From Yuukianura sp. NJ FZ-2021 (lineage: Eukaryota): a stretch of 64,000 nucleotides of DNA. Every line of letters begins with the position of its first letter. Within the stretch, counting starts at the first letter, position 1. This document shows positions 36,232-48,968 of this stretch, in pieces. The translations under genes and the position numbers were made by a program. Where the stretch lies: the NCBI GenBank assembly GCA_046563655.1, contig CM102285.1:434001-498000 (forward strand), in the 5' to 3' direction. Under the pieces are notes generated by a model that worked only from the letters and a program-made list of their open reading frames with translations, was not told the DNA's origin and did not search any database.

Positions 36232-39200
36232 TTACCAAACGTAAGGTCTGTGACAATGTGCATCACCTTGGAACCGTTTCCCGCCAATTTTTCGGCATCC
36301 CACGACCGTGTCTGATTCACCACAGCATGAAGGTTTCTCCATTTCGTCAGTGTGGCATTGCCATGGCAACCCACAGTCGCATTCCTCTCCATCGTCAACG
36401 AAACCTGCCATAAAAAAGGAAAAACGACAAGAGTAAGGCATAGGTTCCGTGCGCACAGTGGGGCCGATTGCTTCAAACAACGACAAGCGTTTCGGAGGAA
36501 ACAAATTGATTGTTAGAAAACACACAATTGTGGAGACAAAACAGTCGCAAAATTATCGACATAGCAACCGAAAGTACAGCGCGATTTCAGTTTTTATGAT
36601 TGCCGAACTGGTTTTCCCCTCATAGACGCAATTTTTCACCAACTTCAAAAATCAGTTAAAAATACTAAATTGGTAAAGTGGCACCAAGTGGCAGTCGGAC
36701 TTGGTACGTGATGCTGTCTAGTTTTTATTAAGATATTCAGGTTATCTGTAGGTAATGGAGATTTTTGGAGGATTTGATTTTTGTAAATCCTGATTTTGGC
36801 ATTCATTTTTAATGTAATTTCTAAAAATCAACTTAACGTTTCCATTGACAACCGTGGCGCCGGTTTGAAGCAACGGCCCCACTGTGGTGCGTTAAGCTGT
36901 CGTATCCACACCCTCAGTCAAAATTTTAGAGATTCCTGACGATTAGGAGTCCGTCACCAAGTCAAAATTTTAGAGATTCCTGAGAATTAGGAGTCCGTCA
37001 CCAAGTCAAAATTTTAGAGATTCCTGAGAATTAGAAGTCCGTCCCCAAGTCAAAATTTTAGAGATTCCTGAGAATTAGAAGTTTGTCACCCAGTCAGAAT
37101 GCTTACCATTTCCGCATCTAACAGTGCTTTTCCCACCGGATATGAGGCATGCCGTGTTTGGTGTGGTGAGAAACGCAGTGATGTCTAGTTTTGCACATGG
37201 CGAGTATCGCATAGAGTTTGGGCGCATGCCCATGTCAATTCTCTGGAAAGAGTTCATAACAGTGGGGTTGAAGATGTTTGGTGTGTCGACAACATCAACT
37301 TTGCACCGTGGATTTGAAATGTCATCTTCCCGCGCTCCAAATAAATGGCCCAAAACGTGCATTGTAGACCGGTAAATGTCGAATTCTGCAACTTTATGCG
37401 CATGCTCAAACCCGCTAATTACTCCAACGTTGTGACTTCTCGAACAAATTCCACCTACGAAAGAAAAAAAAAGGAAATTTTGAGTTTTGTATCGTTAATT
37501 TTCAAATGTGTTCAAATTTTAAAATTTTTCCTACGATTGTGTTCTAATTTTTAAAATTTTCCCGAAATTATGTTTAAATTCTTAAGTTTTTCCCGGGATT
37601 TTATTCAAATTTTTAAATTTTTCCCGGGATTTTTGGTTTTGAACTTACCTAAAGTTGAGTAGGATAATTTTGGTGCCAAATTGTGATACACATAAGCCAA
37701 GATGGCACAGCACTTTTTCCCGCCAAATAATTTCGCCAATTGGGCGCGTAAATTTTCATAAGCTCCATTTGGATTGGCTGTTAAGGTTTCGCTTAAGATA
37801 GGTTTTGCGGCTGTGCCGTTAGCGTTTGTTGTTGCTACAGAACTTGAATTTCCCGCGTCTCTTTTGCGTCTCCCGTTTCCTGATTGCGGCTGCGTAGATC
37901 CTGCGTTGGTCGCAGCTGCCTGAGCATCAAGCTTAACTTCGTCAGTCACAATTAAACTTTTGACTGAAATTTGAATATTGTCTGGAGAGTTGTCTCCGTT
38001 GAAATCCGTTCCTGCGAAAATGAACTGCGCAAATGCAAGAATTTTCTGCAGCGCAGCCACGCCCACTCCCACTCCTCCTCCATGCCCGAACTTTTCAGCA
38101 AAGTTAGGCTGAATCCATACACAAATTTCGCAAACAGTGAAATCGTTCCTACAAAATTAAAAAAAAATGAATACAGGGTGCAACGTAAAACCGAACGCTC
38201 GAAAAATAATTTCTTTGTTCCAGAAAAATTCCAAAATATTGTTTTTTGAAAACACCATCACACCTTCTAACTTTCTACAGGAGGCATTTTGGAAATAGCC
38301 AGGATTAGGATAACAAATTCACTACAGTGCATTTTCCTTTTTTATGGAAATTTAAAAAATTCCAAAGTATTGATTTTTAAAAACACCATCACACCTTCTA
38401 ACTTTCTACAGAAGGATTTTTGGAAAAAGTCAGGATTAAGCTAACAAATTCACTACAGTGTATTTTCCTTTTTTATGGAAATTTAAAAAATTCCAAAGTA
38501 TTGATTTTTAAAAATACCATCACACCTTCTAACTTTCTACAGAAGGATTTTTGGAAAAAGTCAGGATTAGGCTGACAAATTCACTAAAGTGCATTTTCCT
38601 TTTTTATGGAAATTTAAAAAATTCCAAAGTATTGATTTTTAAAAACACCATCACACCTTCTAACTTTCTACAGAAGGATTTTTGGAAAAAGTCAGGATTA
38701 GGCTGACAAATTCACTAAAGTGCATTTTCCTTTTTTATGGAAATTTAAAAAATTCCAAAGTATTGATTTTTAAAAACACCATCACACCTTCTAACTTTCT
38801 ACAGAAGGATTTTTGGAAAAAGTCAGGATTAGGCTGACAAATTCACTAAAGTGCATTTTCCTTTTTTATGGAAATTTAAAAAATTCCAAAGTATTGATTT
38901 TTAAAAACACCATCACACCTTCTAACTTTCTACAGAAGGACTTTTGGAAAAGTGACGATTGGGTTAAGAAGATCAGTTCAATGTGTTTTCCTCATTTATG
39001 AGACAAACGAATATCGTTATGTATAGCAAGCGGTCAATGAAATTTGAAACTATTTGAAATTTTAAGTTTTTTTTAAACACTTACTTGCGCATGTCAAACA
39101 AGTTCGAAGGTGCAGCTCCGCTTTTGAGTTTAGTTTTCCAAGAAATATCGTGTAATCCTGAGGCCATGTTTTCCCGCATTTTGCTGTCGAATGAAGGTGC

Positions 39201-40163
39201 GTCATTGGGCGGTTGGTTCTGCGCAGACTCAGTTTCGTGTCGGACATATTCAAACACAAATGCGTTGGTTCCAGCCTCTTTTGCGTAATTGGTTATTGCA
39301 GGATTGTACAATCCCAGGTTTTCTATTGGCTCAACGTAAAACACAACGTGATGGTGTGGCAATGGATCGAAAATGCGAATATGGCCAAAGAAGGATCTAA
39401 AATTTTGAAAATTTCAAGTTCAAAACTCTATTTACTTTTTTGAAATTTTGAAATTACCCATTGACGATGAAACCTTGCACGAGAGAGTTGAATTCTCCGA
39501 TTACAAACCCTGTAACCGATTGACTATTTTCGAAATGCGGCTTCGGATCGACGTTGGTTCCAAGTATTTCCAATTTTGTGCCCTTTTCAAAAACAAAATT
39601 TCAAAATTTTCAAAAAGTGAAGTTTTTTTTTTCAAAATTTTGATACAACTTAAAAATAAGCTTGTTTTACTGGGAGGAAAACAGAGTCAATGGATTTGCC
39701 TTTGTCTCGGAATAAACAGACAGTCACTGTTGGATCAGATGGAACTAAGAACAAAAATGGTTAATCCAAACAGGTAATTAGCTTAAGAAATTAAAGTAGT
39801 CCAAGTAATTCAAGTAGTTCATTTAGTTCAGTAATTAAAGTAATTACTTTGCTCAAACTCAATGACCGCAAGTGACAGTTGCACTTTGCAGCCACTTCCG
39901 AATGAAAACTCAGGTTCCTCTTTTTTCCATGAAAAATTTGCTAAAACAGGAAAAGATTTGTAGTCCGCTTGAACTTCCGAACTTACACTCACAAATTCAA
40001 ATTCAAAATCTCGGTTTCTTTCAAATTTTCGAACTTTTGGGATCGCCACTAAATCTCCAGGTAAATCAGAAAAAGGCTGTTGTGCAAAAACGTTTATGTC
40101 AAACGCCAAATTCAAAACCAAAATTGTAACACCCAACTTGCTCAGAATGTTCAGCTTTAACAT
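36232..40163 (-). CDS. ADAM10/17-like protein with degenerate zinc motif and truncated disintegrin domain
   Basis: Signal-like N-terminus, prodomain-like FYVEP, FNGDNSPDNIQ, HVLGHLFGARED, RYSPCA, CGNGFVDDGEECDCG; apparent stop after PYVW. Confidence 0.75.
36454..36886. mobile_element. Transib-like MITE in an intron of the ADAM-like gene
   Basis: TIR CACAGTGGGGCCG(A)TTGCTTCAAAC; perfect GC-rich 5-bp TSD GTGCG (36449-36453 and 36887-36891). Confidence 0.9.
36914..37095. repeat. 44-bp minisatellite, about 4 copies
   Basis: GTCAAAATTTTAGAGATTCCTGA at 36917, 36961, 37005 and 37049. Confidence 0.9.
38225..38953. repeat. 131-bp tandem repeat, about 5.5 copies (intronic)
   Basis: ACCATCACACCTTCTAACTTTCTACAG recurs every 131 bp from ~38254 to ~38909. 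Confidence 0.95.
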
Positions 40164-40801
40164 GTTTAACACGTTAAAACTAACTTTAACTAACGACAAA
40201 AGTTAACTTTTAGCAATTAGTTTACGCTGTTCGTCTTTTCTTAGCTTTTGTTTTTGTAAACACTAAATTTCTCATTGTGTTAAATGTTACTTCTCAGAAA
40301 AACTTTAACTTTTTTTTTTCTTTCTCTTTCATTTCATTATGAAAATAAATCTAATTGTTAACCGTTGCTGATCAAGTTTTTATTAAATTAATTAATTAGT
40401 TTTATTTAATTAAGTAATTTTCCAGAAGTGATTAAGAATTAGTTTACTACAGTAATTTTATTTTACATGTTTTGGCACATAAATTCAAATTTGGCATTAC
40501 ACATATTACGTAATCCTTTGTAATATTTAACTTAGGGGTTCACTAATCCTAGGAATTTGTAAGATACAATTATTTTATGTTTTTAGGCAGTTTATGCCAT
40601 ATACCCCTCTGTCCAGTCTCTTCAGTGGAATAGTTAGAGTGTCCAGGGTTGTCACAGTTACCGTCAAGGAATGGCGTATCGTCAGTACCGGTTTGGAGTC
40701 GAAGTCTGTCAAAGTACCGGTTTGGTGCTTAAGTCAGTCAGGAATGTCGGAATTTCAAATAGCTTAATTCGAAATTTCAAGGTTCTGAGTATTTTGAAAT
40801 T

Positions 40802-43800
40802 TTAAAGCAGTAGTTCGCATTCTACTCGATGGTGGAAGCACCATTCAGGTCGAATCGCTTCAGCTGAAATTCCACGCTGAATCAGCCGATCTCTGTGGGC
40901 GTCCAATCGCGGAGCAGCTTCACGCCACGACTGCGTCGGATTGGTCCAAAGGCGTTCCGCCAACGCAGCACCTCGTGGCCACAGTTTCGGTTCCAAAGTC
41001 ATTTCGTCTGTTTCAGTCGACCACATCGTTCCGGTACCGCCAAGAACCTAAAAAACCGCCAAGATTCAAATTTTCAAAAAAAAAAAAATTCCCTGCAGCT
41101 ACGTCGACGTTGTCTAAATTCATGGAAATATTTTTTTCGTTAATATTTTCAAGAAAGAACTAGAAAAAAAACTTGGCTGGAGTGGGATTCGAAACCACAC
41201 CGTACCATCCCGGGGTGATCGCACTCACCATTGACCTGGTATACTCTTTCTCTTAAATCGTGCCTGAACCACCCTATATCCCTCCGCTGACTTATTTTGT
41301 GATTTTGTAAGTTCCAAACTGGCGCTAAATTCAAAAATTTGAATAAGTACCTGCGCAAACGCAGCCGTTTCGTTGTTGTGATGCGTCGCAGCAATGTTCA
41401 TAGGGTCGTTATCATAAATTGTCTTCCACGTTTTATAGTCTCCGCCACAAGATGGGAGGACTGGCTGTTGGTGGAAGTTGGGCGGTCCGAGGCCAATTGG
41501 CGGCAAAAGTCCGGAATTGAAACCACAGTCGAATTGCCAAGCATCAGCATTTGAAAAGATGAGTTTGTAGCCGCGGTTGATCACTTTGGCCAAAGTGGGT
41601 TCTCTGGCGGGACTTTTGATTTGAATGACATACATGTCCGGGTCAAGTACAACTTCGGAGTCACGCAGTATCGTCAGTTTGGAGTCCCAGATGACCGGAG
41701 TTGGTTTTGGCTGTCCGGGCATTACCCCATCGTACAGAGTTTGCAGGGCGCGTGACTGGTATTCCATCCAGAGACGCTGAAAAGTGACGTCATTCGGGAT
41801 CTGTGAAGTGGCTTTGAGCACTTCGTTGACGGCTTCTGACGAATTCCAGCACTGGAAGTTCACATCGTCAGCCCCCATGTGGAAAAAGTCAGAAGAAGCG
41901 AAATTCTCCAAGGCGTCACGGTATATACGACCGAGAATCTAAATTTTCGAATTTTAGAATTTTAGAAAAAAAAAGTTTAACTTTCAAAATTTTAAATTTG
42001 GAAGGGCTTACGATGTAGGTTTCGTTGTTGAGTGGATTGAGTTGACCGCAAGGGGGCTCTGCACAGAACTCCCGCCAAGGCTCTTTGTTCAAACAAACCG
42101 CCAACTCTCCCTTGCCTTCCCGCTCACCTAAAATTTTAAAAATATCTCAACTTACCCCAATTCAAAACTAAATCTTACCACACAACTACCTGAGTAATGC
42201 AAAAACCATCCAACAATATGAAACTGTTATACGATATTATTACATATTAATATTATATATTAACATTATATTAAATTATGACTAATTATAAGTGTTATCT
42301 AGTTTATGTGCGATATAATGCTACCCCCAGTCTCAACTTACCCCATTGCCAGCCATTTCCTGCGCGTGCAGGACCGCCAATTTCCGGTACAACGCGAATA
42401 CCTCGAACCTACAAAAAGAAATTTCAGTTACATACGTTGCATTACTCAAAGTACTATATTGGTGACGTTGTAGTAACGTTGGTAACCATTGGGTAACCCT
42501 TAGTAACCACTGTAACTATGGTTACGAGTAATAACTTTTACCTGTGCATACTCCACAATTTCCTTGATTTCATTGGGGTAGTAAATTTTGGTGGGAGAGT
42601 ATGCTCCGTACAAGGCCATTTTTGGTGCTCTTCTTGAATAGAACGGAAAAGAATGAGCGTCACTAATATGCCAGTGCAGTGAATTCAGTTTGTTGTACGA
42701 CATAGCATCAATCGTGCGTTTGATCATCTTAGTTGAAATGAAGTTATGTCCAGTATCTAAAATTTTGAAAAAAAAGTCAAAATTTTGAAAAATTTGAAAA
42801 TTTTTCAACTTTTAAAGAATTTACCGATCATAAGACCACGGTATGGAAACGCCGGTTCGTCTTCGATGTAACCGTGTCTGATTGTGATGAGACAGTCGCA
42901 CGTATCTTCGTAGTTGATCAGCTGACTCAAGCTTTCCAAAGCATGTCGTGCACCGTAGTATGTCCGGGCGTTAATCTGAGCGGAAAAATTCAAAATTTCG
43001 AAAAAGTTCAAAATTTTGAGAAAAAAAAATCTCACGAAAAGTTAGTGATTAGTACACCGTGACCTCACCTTGACCTCGACAACGCCACTATCGGAAGTGT
43101 TGATTGCAAGAGTATAAGTTTCGTTAGTGTTGAGCGTAAGTCGATCTTCAGCAGTTTCGATACGCATAGATACCATGACCGTAGTTCGCTCAATGTCCGC
43201 TGCATATTTTTTGTCGAACGGATTCGGCTGCTGCTTTCCACTCGCCTCTTTGTAGTTCGGATGCATTCGGAGCAGTTCGGTTTGAAAATTTTTTCCCGCT
43301 TGCTGTAACATGTCACGCACTCGGGCTGATGGCGGATGCGCCCAGTTGATAAACAATCTACAAAAAATCATCAATTCTCAGAAAATCGTTCAAAGAATTT
43401 TTTTTGTTTCAACTTTTTTTTTTGAAATTTTGAAAACTTTGGTGCAATGTATCTGTTGAAAGTAATTTACATAATTTTGAAAGTGGTTTGTGGTTAGAAA
43501 CTGGTTTGGTCGTAAATTACAGCAGGACAGCCCGGAGTCAAAACCAGCTTTTCATGGAGACGTGGAAACTGAGGTTATTGACCTCCGGCGGCTGCGTGAA
43601 GATGGATGTGATTGACCTCTGAAGAAATTGGAGGTCATTGACCTTTGGGTTTTTTTCTGCTTACCTTTGTGGTTTGAACGAGACGAGGTCATCAGCGAGG
43701 TCAACGACCCCAGTGGGTCTTGGCCATAGCGACCGATGTTCTCCGCATAACAGGCGACATTTGGCCAGCGACTGCGTCGTCGGAGAGTCTTCGGGATTCT

Positions 43801-43933
43801 TGTCTCTTGAACAAGTTTCGTTCAAACAAGAATAAGAGTACGGAGTTGGAAGTTGGTAAAAAAGTTCATCGCAGGACACAGTGGCCAAGGTCAAGAACGC
43901 TGTCAAGGCCAAAGTGGACCAAAAAGTGCCCAT
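40802..43933 (-). CDS. GH20 beta-N-acetylhexosaminidase, arthropod chitooligosaccharidolytic/fdl-like, with altered catalytic motif
   Basis: Signal peptide, LWPRPTG, FPYRGLMIDTGHNF, KLNSLHWHISDAHSFP, EPPCGQLNP, HMGADDV, LWPRGAALAERLWTNP. Confidence 0.92.
41174..41225 (-). mobile_element. Partial tRNA-derived repeat copy (intronic)
   Basis: GAGTGGGATTCGAAACCACA..ATCCCGG on +, preceded by an A-run as in the other copies. Confidence 0.55.
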
Positions 43934-45055
43934 TCTAAAAAAAAAAACTTAAACTTTTTTCAAAATTGTTATTTTTCGAATTTCCAAATCGTAGTTTCCA
44001 AAATTAGGATTTCTGAGGAATTCCAAACTTTCTCTCTTGAGAAGCTTCTCAAGCTGAAGAATTCCAGAAAAACGCTCAGTTTTACTTTGAGAAAGAAGAA
44101 GCAAAAATGCACTTTAAAAAAATTTTTTTTTTTTCGAGATTCCCGAATCTTCGATTTCCAAACTGAGGATTTCCGAATTTTCTTTTTTTAGAAGTTTCTC
44201 AAGTTGAAGAATTCCAAAAAAAAAAATGCCCAGTTATTAAATGAAACTGCTTTGTAAAATTGAAATCTGGAAATCTTGAAATTGTCGTTAGGACTACTTG
44301 AAAAGTTTTTGAAAATTTTGAAAAGCTGGTTGTAATTACTTGTAAAATTTCGTTGGTGAGATCGATGAGCGTCTGTGTGAGTATAACCACTACGGAGATG
44401 GTGATGGAACTGATTGCAGAAGTTGAATTGCCGGGAGAAGATGTTGTTTGGAATGGAAGATGAACATGATAGGTCGATGTTCCATGCCATTGGACATTGG
44501 ATGTTGATGGGATGGACCATGATATGTAGAATGGATATGATCTTAGCTGATCTTTCACTTGATGTCATCTTCATCTTCAGCATAAGATGCAAGATTCATA
44601 AGATCAAGGAGAGGTTAAATGACCGGGATCAAGGAGAACCACTCTCCAATTTATACCCAAATAAGCCTCATTCAAAATATTGTACATATTTTTTTTCATT
44701 TCTCCAACAAAATATTATAAGTTATTGAAAAAGTCGAATGTCAACGACCTTTGGGCTTCACTTGTGGCATAGTTGCGTGCGTAACCCAAGTAGAAAATTT
44801 GGCAAAATGATTTTTTGTTGTAAATTCTAATCTTGATAGAATTTTAGGGTTGCTATACTGTATGTGTAAAATAATTTGGACTTTTAAAAGTTCATTGATT
44901 GCCAGTTAACCGTAAAACGGCATCCAGACATGGCAATTTGTTTTTTCAAAACAAATTTATTTATTACGTGTTAAGTGATCAACTGATCAACTAAAATCTC
45001 AAAGCTGACAAATTTTGGCAACTTGTACTATTTCTGAAGTTGATTTTTGGCACCT

Positions 45056-47403
45056 TTAAAAAAGTGTGCTTCCAATGACTGCATTCAAAATCTTCGCCAC
45101 AACTTCAACTTGTGGAGCATCCTTTAGAGCTATATATTAAAATATAGTTAAAATTAAGTTCATATTAAATGAAATACTTGAAAACTGTTTAAAAAACTTT
45201 ACATGGTTTCAGTGTAGAAAGGCCTGTCCAATCCCAACATCCATTGTTGGTTCTAAATGGAAATAGATCAACTGCAAACGCAGCAGCTCTTGGAAAAAGG
45301 ACAATGATGTTATTGGCGTCGGCTGCTTGAAAATATCCGCCTTCCGCACCCCACACTTCTCCAATTAAGCTATGAAAAAAACGTAAAAAAAAGAGGATTT
45401 TTTGGCAAGTTTTTACCAAGGTTGCTATAGCAACCAATTCCATTTTCTACAACAGGTTATCCAATAACTCAGCGTTTTCCAAAAATTTGCTTCAATCAAC
45501 ACTTGGCACGAATTCCATTTGGATAACATACAAACAATTAGCGTACAACCGAGTATTTGATATTTTCAAACAAATAAAACTTCAAGTTATTGGACAACCT
45601 GGTGTAGAAAAAACACTTAATTTGTTTACAACGGTTAGTGCATGGGAAATTAAATTGAAACAAATTTAGTTACTTTGAATAGGAGGTCTGTGCGCATCCA
45701 TGGAAAGCCACATGCAATTTGCACGTAGATGTCGCTGCCTGACATGCCGCTGGAACGTAGATGCCACCGCTGCCGTTCATAAAGTCATCACTGGGATTAC
45801 CAGTAGAAGTGAAAGGACTTTGGTAAAATGTAGACAGTGTGCCAGTGGTAGGTGCAGAGGAAGTCGTGACAATGTATGCCGAACCGTAGAAATGTGAAAA
45901 CATGTCAAAAACTCCTTCGTAGTTACAATTGGCGAGGCCATCAAAAGCAAAGTTCGCAATTGGAACGGCACATGCTGGTCCATAGTTGTCTGTTGGCTGT
46001 TCAAATAGTTGATCAATGCAATTCAATTACAGTTCTCAACGAATTCCTTCAACATTACCCACACCTTTTCCCAAGGTTTGTAAACCAGAAAATAGTATTT
46101 TGCTCAACATGTTAGGCATTAACTCGAATTTTTTAACTTTTGTTAAAAAACTTGGATCACCCTGCCCTTCTTGCCTATGGCAATGATTTATACGTTATCA
46201 TTAGACATGAGAAAAATATTTAAGTAAATATTTTGGAGTTTTTGACAAAAAATATTTAATATTTAAATATTTTGCAAGTTTTTGGTAAATATTTTTCTCA
46301 TGTTAGGGGATGTTAGTCATGGGATTGGAGGAAAAAATTGTTGGGGGCGAGATTTGCCGAAAACAGTACTTATTGCCTAACCTGTTAAAGGAAATCTATT
46401 TTGTTGCTATAAGAACTTTGCCTTTTCCAATTATTGTATTAGGCAATACAAATTCACTTACCGTGCAGTGAGTTGCGTAGAGTGTGTTGCTGTATTTGAC
46501 ATCAGACCCAAAATACCTGCCCATGTCAGCGACGTAGTCACTGTACTTCAAAGCTACCAAAAAAATTTACTTTTTTTAGAGAAACACGTCCTATTTACAT
46601 ACTATAGAACATTAAAATGTTTTTCATACAAGGCGGGTTGATGGGATCAAGCAAACCCTGAAACACATATGTCTTTGAACCATTGAGGTTTGAAATGGGA
46701 TCAATTAACCCTTGATTTGACAGAGTTCTGGCTTGTTGTTCCAGGAATTCCGCAGTTCGCCCGGTTGGAAGTGGTGGCAACTCTTTTACTGCATTGATCA
46801 CATACAATGAAAGAACGGTGCGGTTAGTAACGTTGTATAATGCGCCAAACGGTCCTGAAATTTAAAAAAGACAATCTTTGTTGGTAACCAGGAATACTTT
46901 GTGAGAAATATTTTACAAGACAGCTTTATGCGCTACAAGATTCGGGGAACACTTTGGACGATGCATCGGCTTGGATTACTATCCAAGACGATGCATCGCT
47001 AACACTAAATTGAGCAAAAGAGATTCAACAACGTCTGTGACAAATATTTAGCGGAAGTCAGCTAACATCACCAATAAAACAGTAGATTTAAAATTGAAAA
47101 TTATATCATGTTATTCATATATAAACTATATAAATTATGTTAAAATATATAAATTATATATTCTATATAAATATTCCTTGGTCAAAGTCACTTACCACCA
47201 GCATAAGCACCACTGCCCATGATCTTAGAAGAGTACATATAATGCATCATGGATGTCATGAAACCTCCACTAGATAGACCAGAAGTTGTAATCGTAGTTG
47301 TATCAATTTGGCCATGCGAGACATTTGCAAGGTCTACTATGTTATATGGAAAAGTAGCTGCAGAGAACTGCAACAGAGACAAAAGTATCGTTAACCTTGG
47401 CAT
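45056..47403 (-). CDS. Secreted poly(3-hydroxybutyrate)/PHA depolymerase-like hydrolase, 6 exons
   Basis: Exons 47403-47196, 46854-46630, 46553-46462, 45996-45674, 45369-45203, 45129-45056 join in frame; SGLSSGG, QGLLD, ATH, YVPAAC, CKLHVAFHGC, ADANNIIVLFP, NGCWDW. Confidence 0.9.
45417..45612. mobile_element. CAAGG-family MITE, right TIR truncated
   Basis: Starts CAAGGTTGCTATAGCAAC; inner inverted match CAGGTTATCCAATAACT / AGTTATTGGACAACCTG. Confidence 0.6.
46072..46420. mobile_element. CAAGG-family MITE in a depolymerase intron
   Basis: Right end TATTGCCTAACCTGTTAAAGGAAA..TTGTTGCTATA is shared with 23661-23710; flanking duplication CCTTTTCC. Confidence 0.75.
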
Positions 47404-48968
47404 GACTCGGCTTTAAAATGTATCGGTTTTAACGAAAAGCTTTTTTTAGCAGTGAAAAGTGTTTCGATATGAAAGTTTTAAAACTAAAACGGAAAGCCCA
47501 ATTCTATTATTTTTTGAAATCAAGGCACAGGATTGAAGAGTGACCGCATTTTCCCATTTGATGCTGTATATTTATAATAAACTTTAGTATAGCGTTTCTT
47601 ACCAGTACGTGCTCAACGTGAGAAGAATGTTGGGGCAGTAATTATTCAAAATTTAGACAGGCTGCAGCGGAGTTTGGACTTAATTTCTATATAAAATTCG
47701 CATACTTGTTTCAACGATAGTGCAAACTGCAAGGTTAAATTGCAGACAACTGGCGGGAACTTTTATAACCTTTAGCGCTTGCCCTTAGCAGCAGAATAAT
47801 TATTACAATATGTTTGGTTAGCGACTAAAAATAGCTGAAGCTGTGGCAGTCAGATGGCGAGTGGCGACAGTCAGTTGATCTGTACGTGACGACGCAACAT
47901 AATTTTGTGAAAAGTAGCTTTAGAACGTGAGAGCATTTGATATTACGATTTATTTAGTAACTGCACTCCAGACAAAACTGAATTTATAATCATAGTGGCT
48001 ACTTGAAGTTTTTTTTGCATTGGCACATTTGATTTTTATTCGAGAAAAATTTAATACAATTATTTAATAACTTAAGTAATAAGTATAGTTTTTTTTTTGC
48101 CTGTAAGGACTCCTTTAACGATTTGGTACAGCGTCATTCTCAAGCTATGTATGTTAAAAATTAAAATCGATTTGTTCGAATAAAACTGATGACACTGAAA
48201 GCATAATTTCTTTCAACTGTTTCTGACATTACTCTCAAAGCATGGTTTTTCGTTTTCAAGCAAAGAAAGCAAAAAAACAGCAAAAAGCAATGCATTGACT
48301 TAAAAAAAAAGCTTTTCACGAAATACCAATCGTTTTTTTAAATTATTCAAGAATTCAAATAACCATGGTTACAAAGCGGGTTCTCCCGTTTAGTCCAACC
48401 AACAAATGATCTCGGTGATAGCGACGTTGATGTAAGGTTTGACCCTCGTTGATGTACCCACACAATGTAGCCACTTGTGTGGGTACAATAGGTGGCCGTA
48501 CTTCGGTGGCAACGTTTGTTGCTGATCTAAAGCTAAACAAGCCTAAGTTAAAGTAATACACAAGTGTCCGATTGTCGTGGCCATTCATTATCGCCACTTT
48601 GCGGGTACAGCGACGCTCGTGAATCCTTACTCCAACCAGTTTCCGTTCATTGTTCTTTCTTTTGTGTCTTCGTTTTCTTGATTCATTCCGCATTTCGCTA
48701 ATGAATTAGTTGTTGTCGCTCATTTTATCTTTTTCGTTTTTCTTTCTTTGTCTAGTTAATAATTACATTTGCAGGCTTTGGTAAGGAATCCTTTTCAGAT
48801 TTTCATAGAGCACGGACTTATTTGTTGCGAAGTTGAAGAATTTAAGAGTCGATCTTTTCGCATCAGCGCTACTCGCTATACATTGAATTTATTTGGATCC
48901 TCTTGATTTGTTTGTGTTGTTCCAGGTTCGATTCGATTGTCTTTGATTTCCCAATTGATAGTTGAAAG

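Noticed and set aside
35572-38953. CRISPR-like look of the 59-, 44- and 131-bp arrays
   Set aside because: Head-to-tail units without unique spacers, in a eukaryotic context with no cas genes
44188-44728. Three overlapping short ORFs upstream of the hexosaminidase
   Set aside because: No recognisable motif or consistent exon chain; may be 5'UTR
45056-47403. Microbial contamination as the source of the depolymerase gene
   Set aside because: It has five spliceosomal introns of host composition, two containing the host CAAGG MITE family, and is contiguous with animal genes
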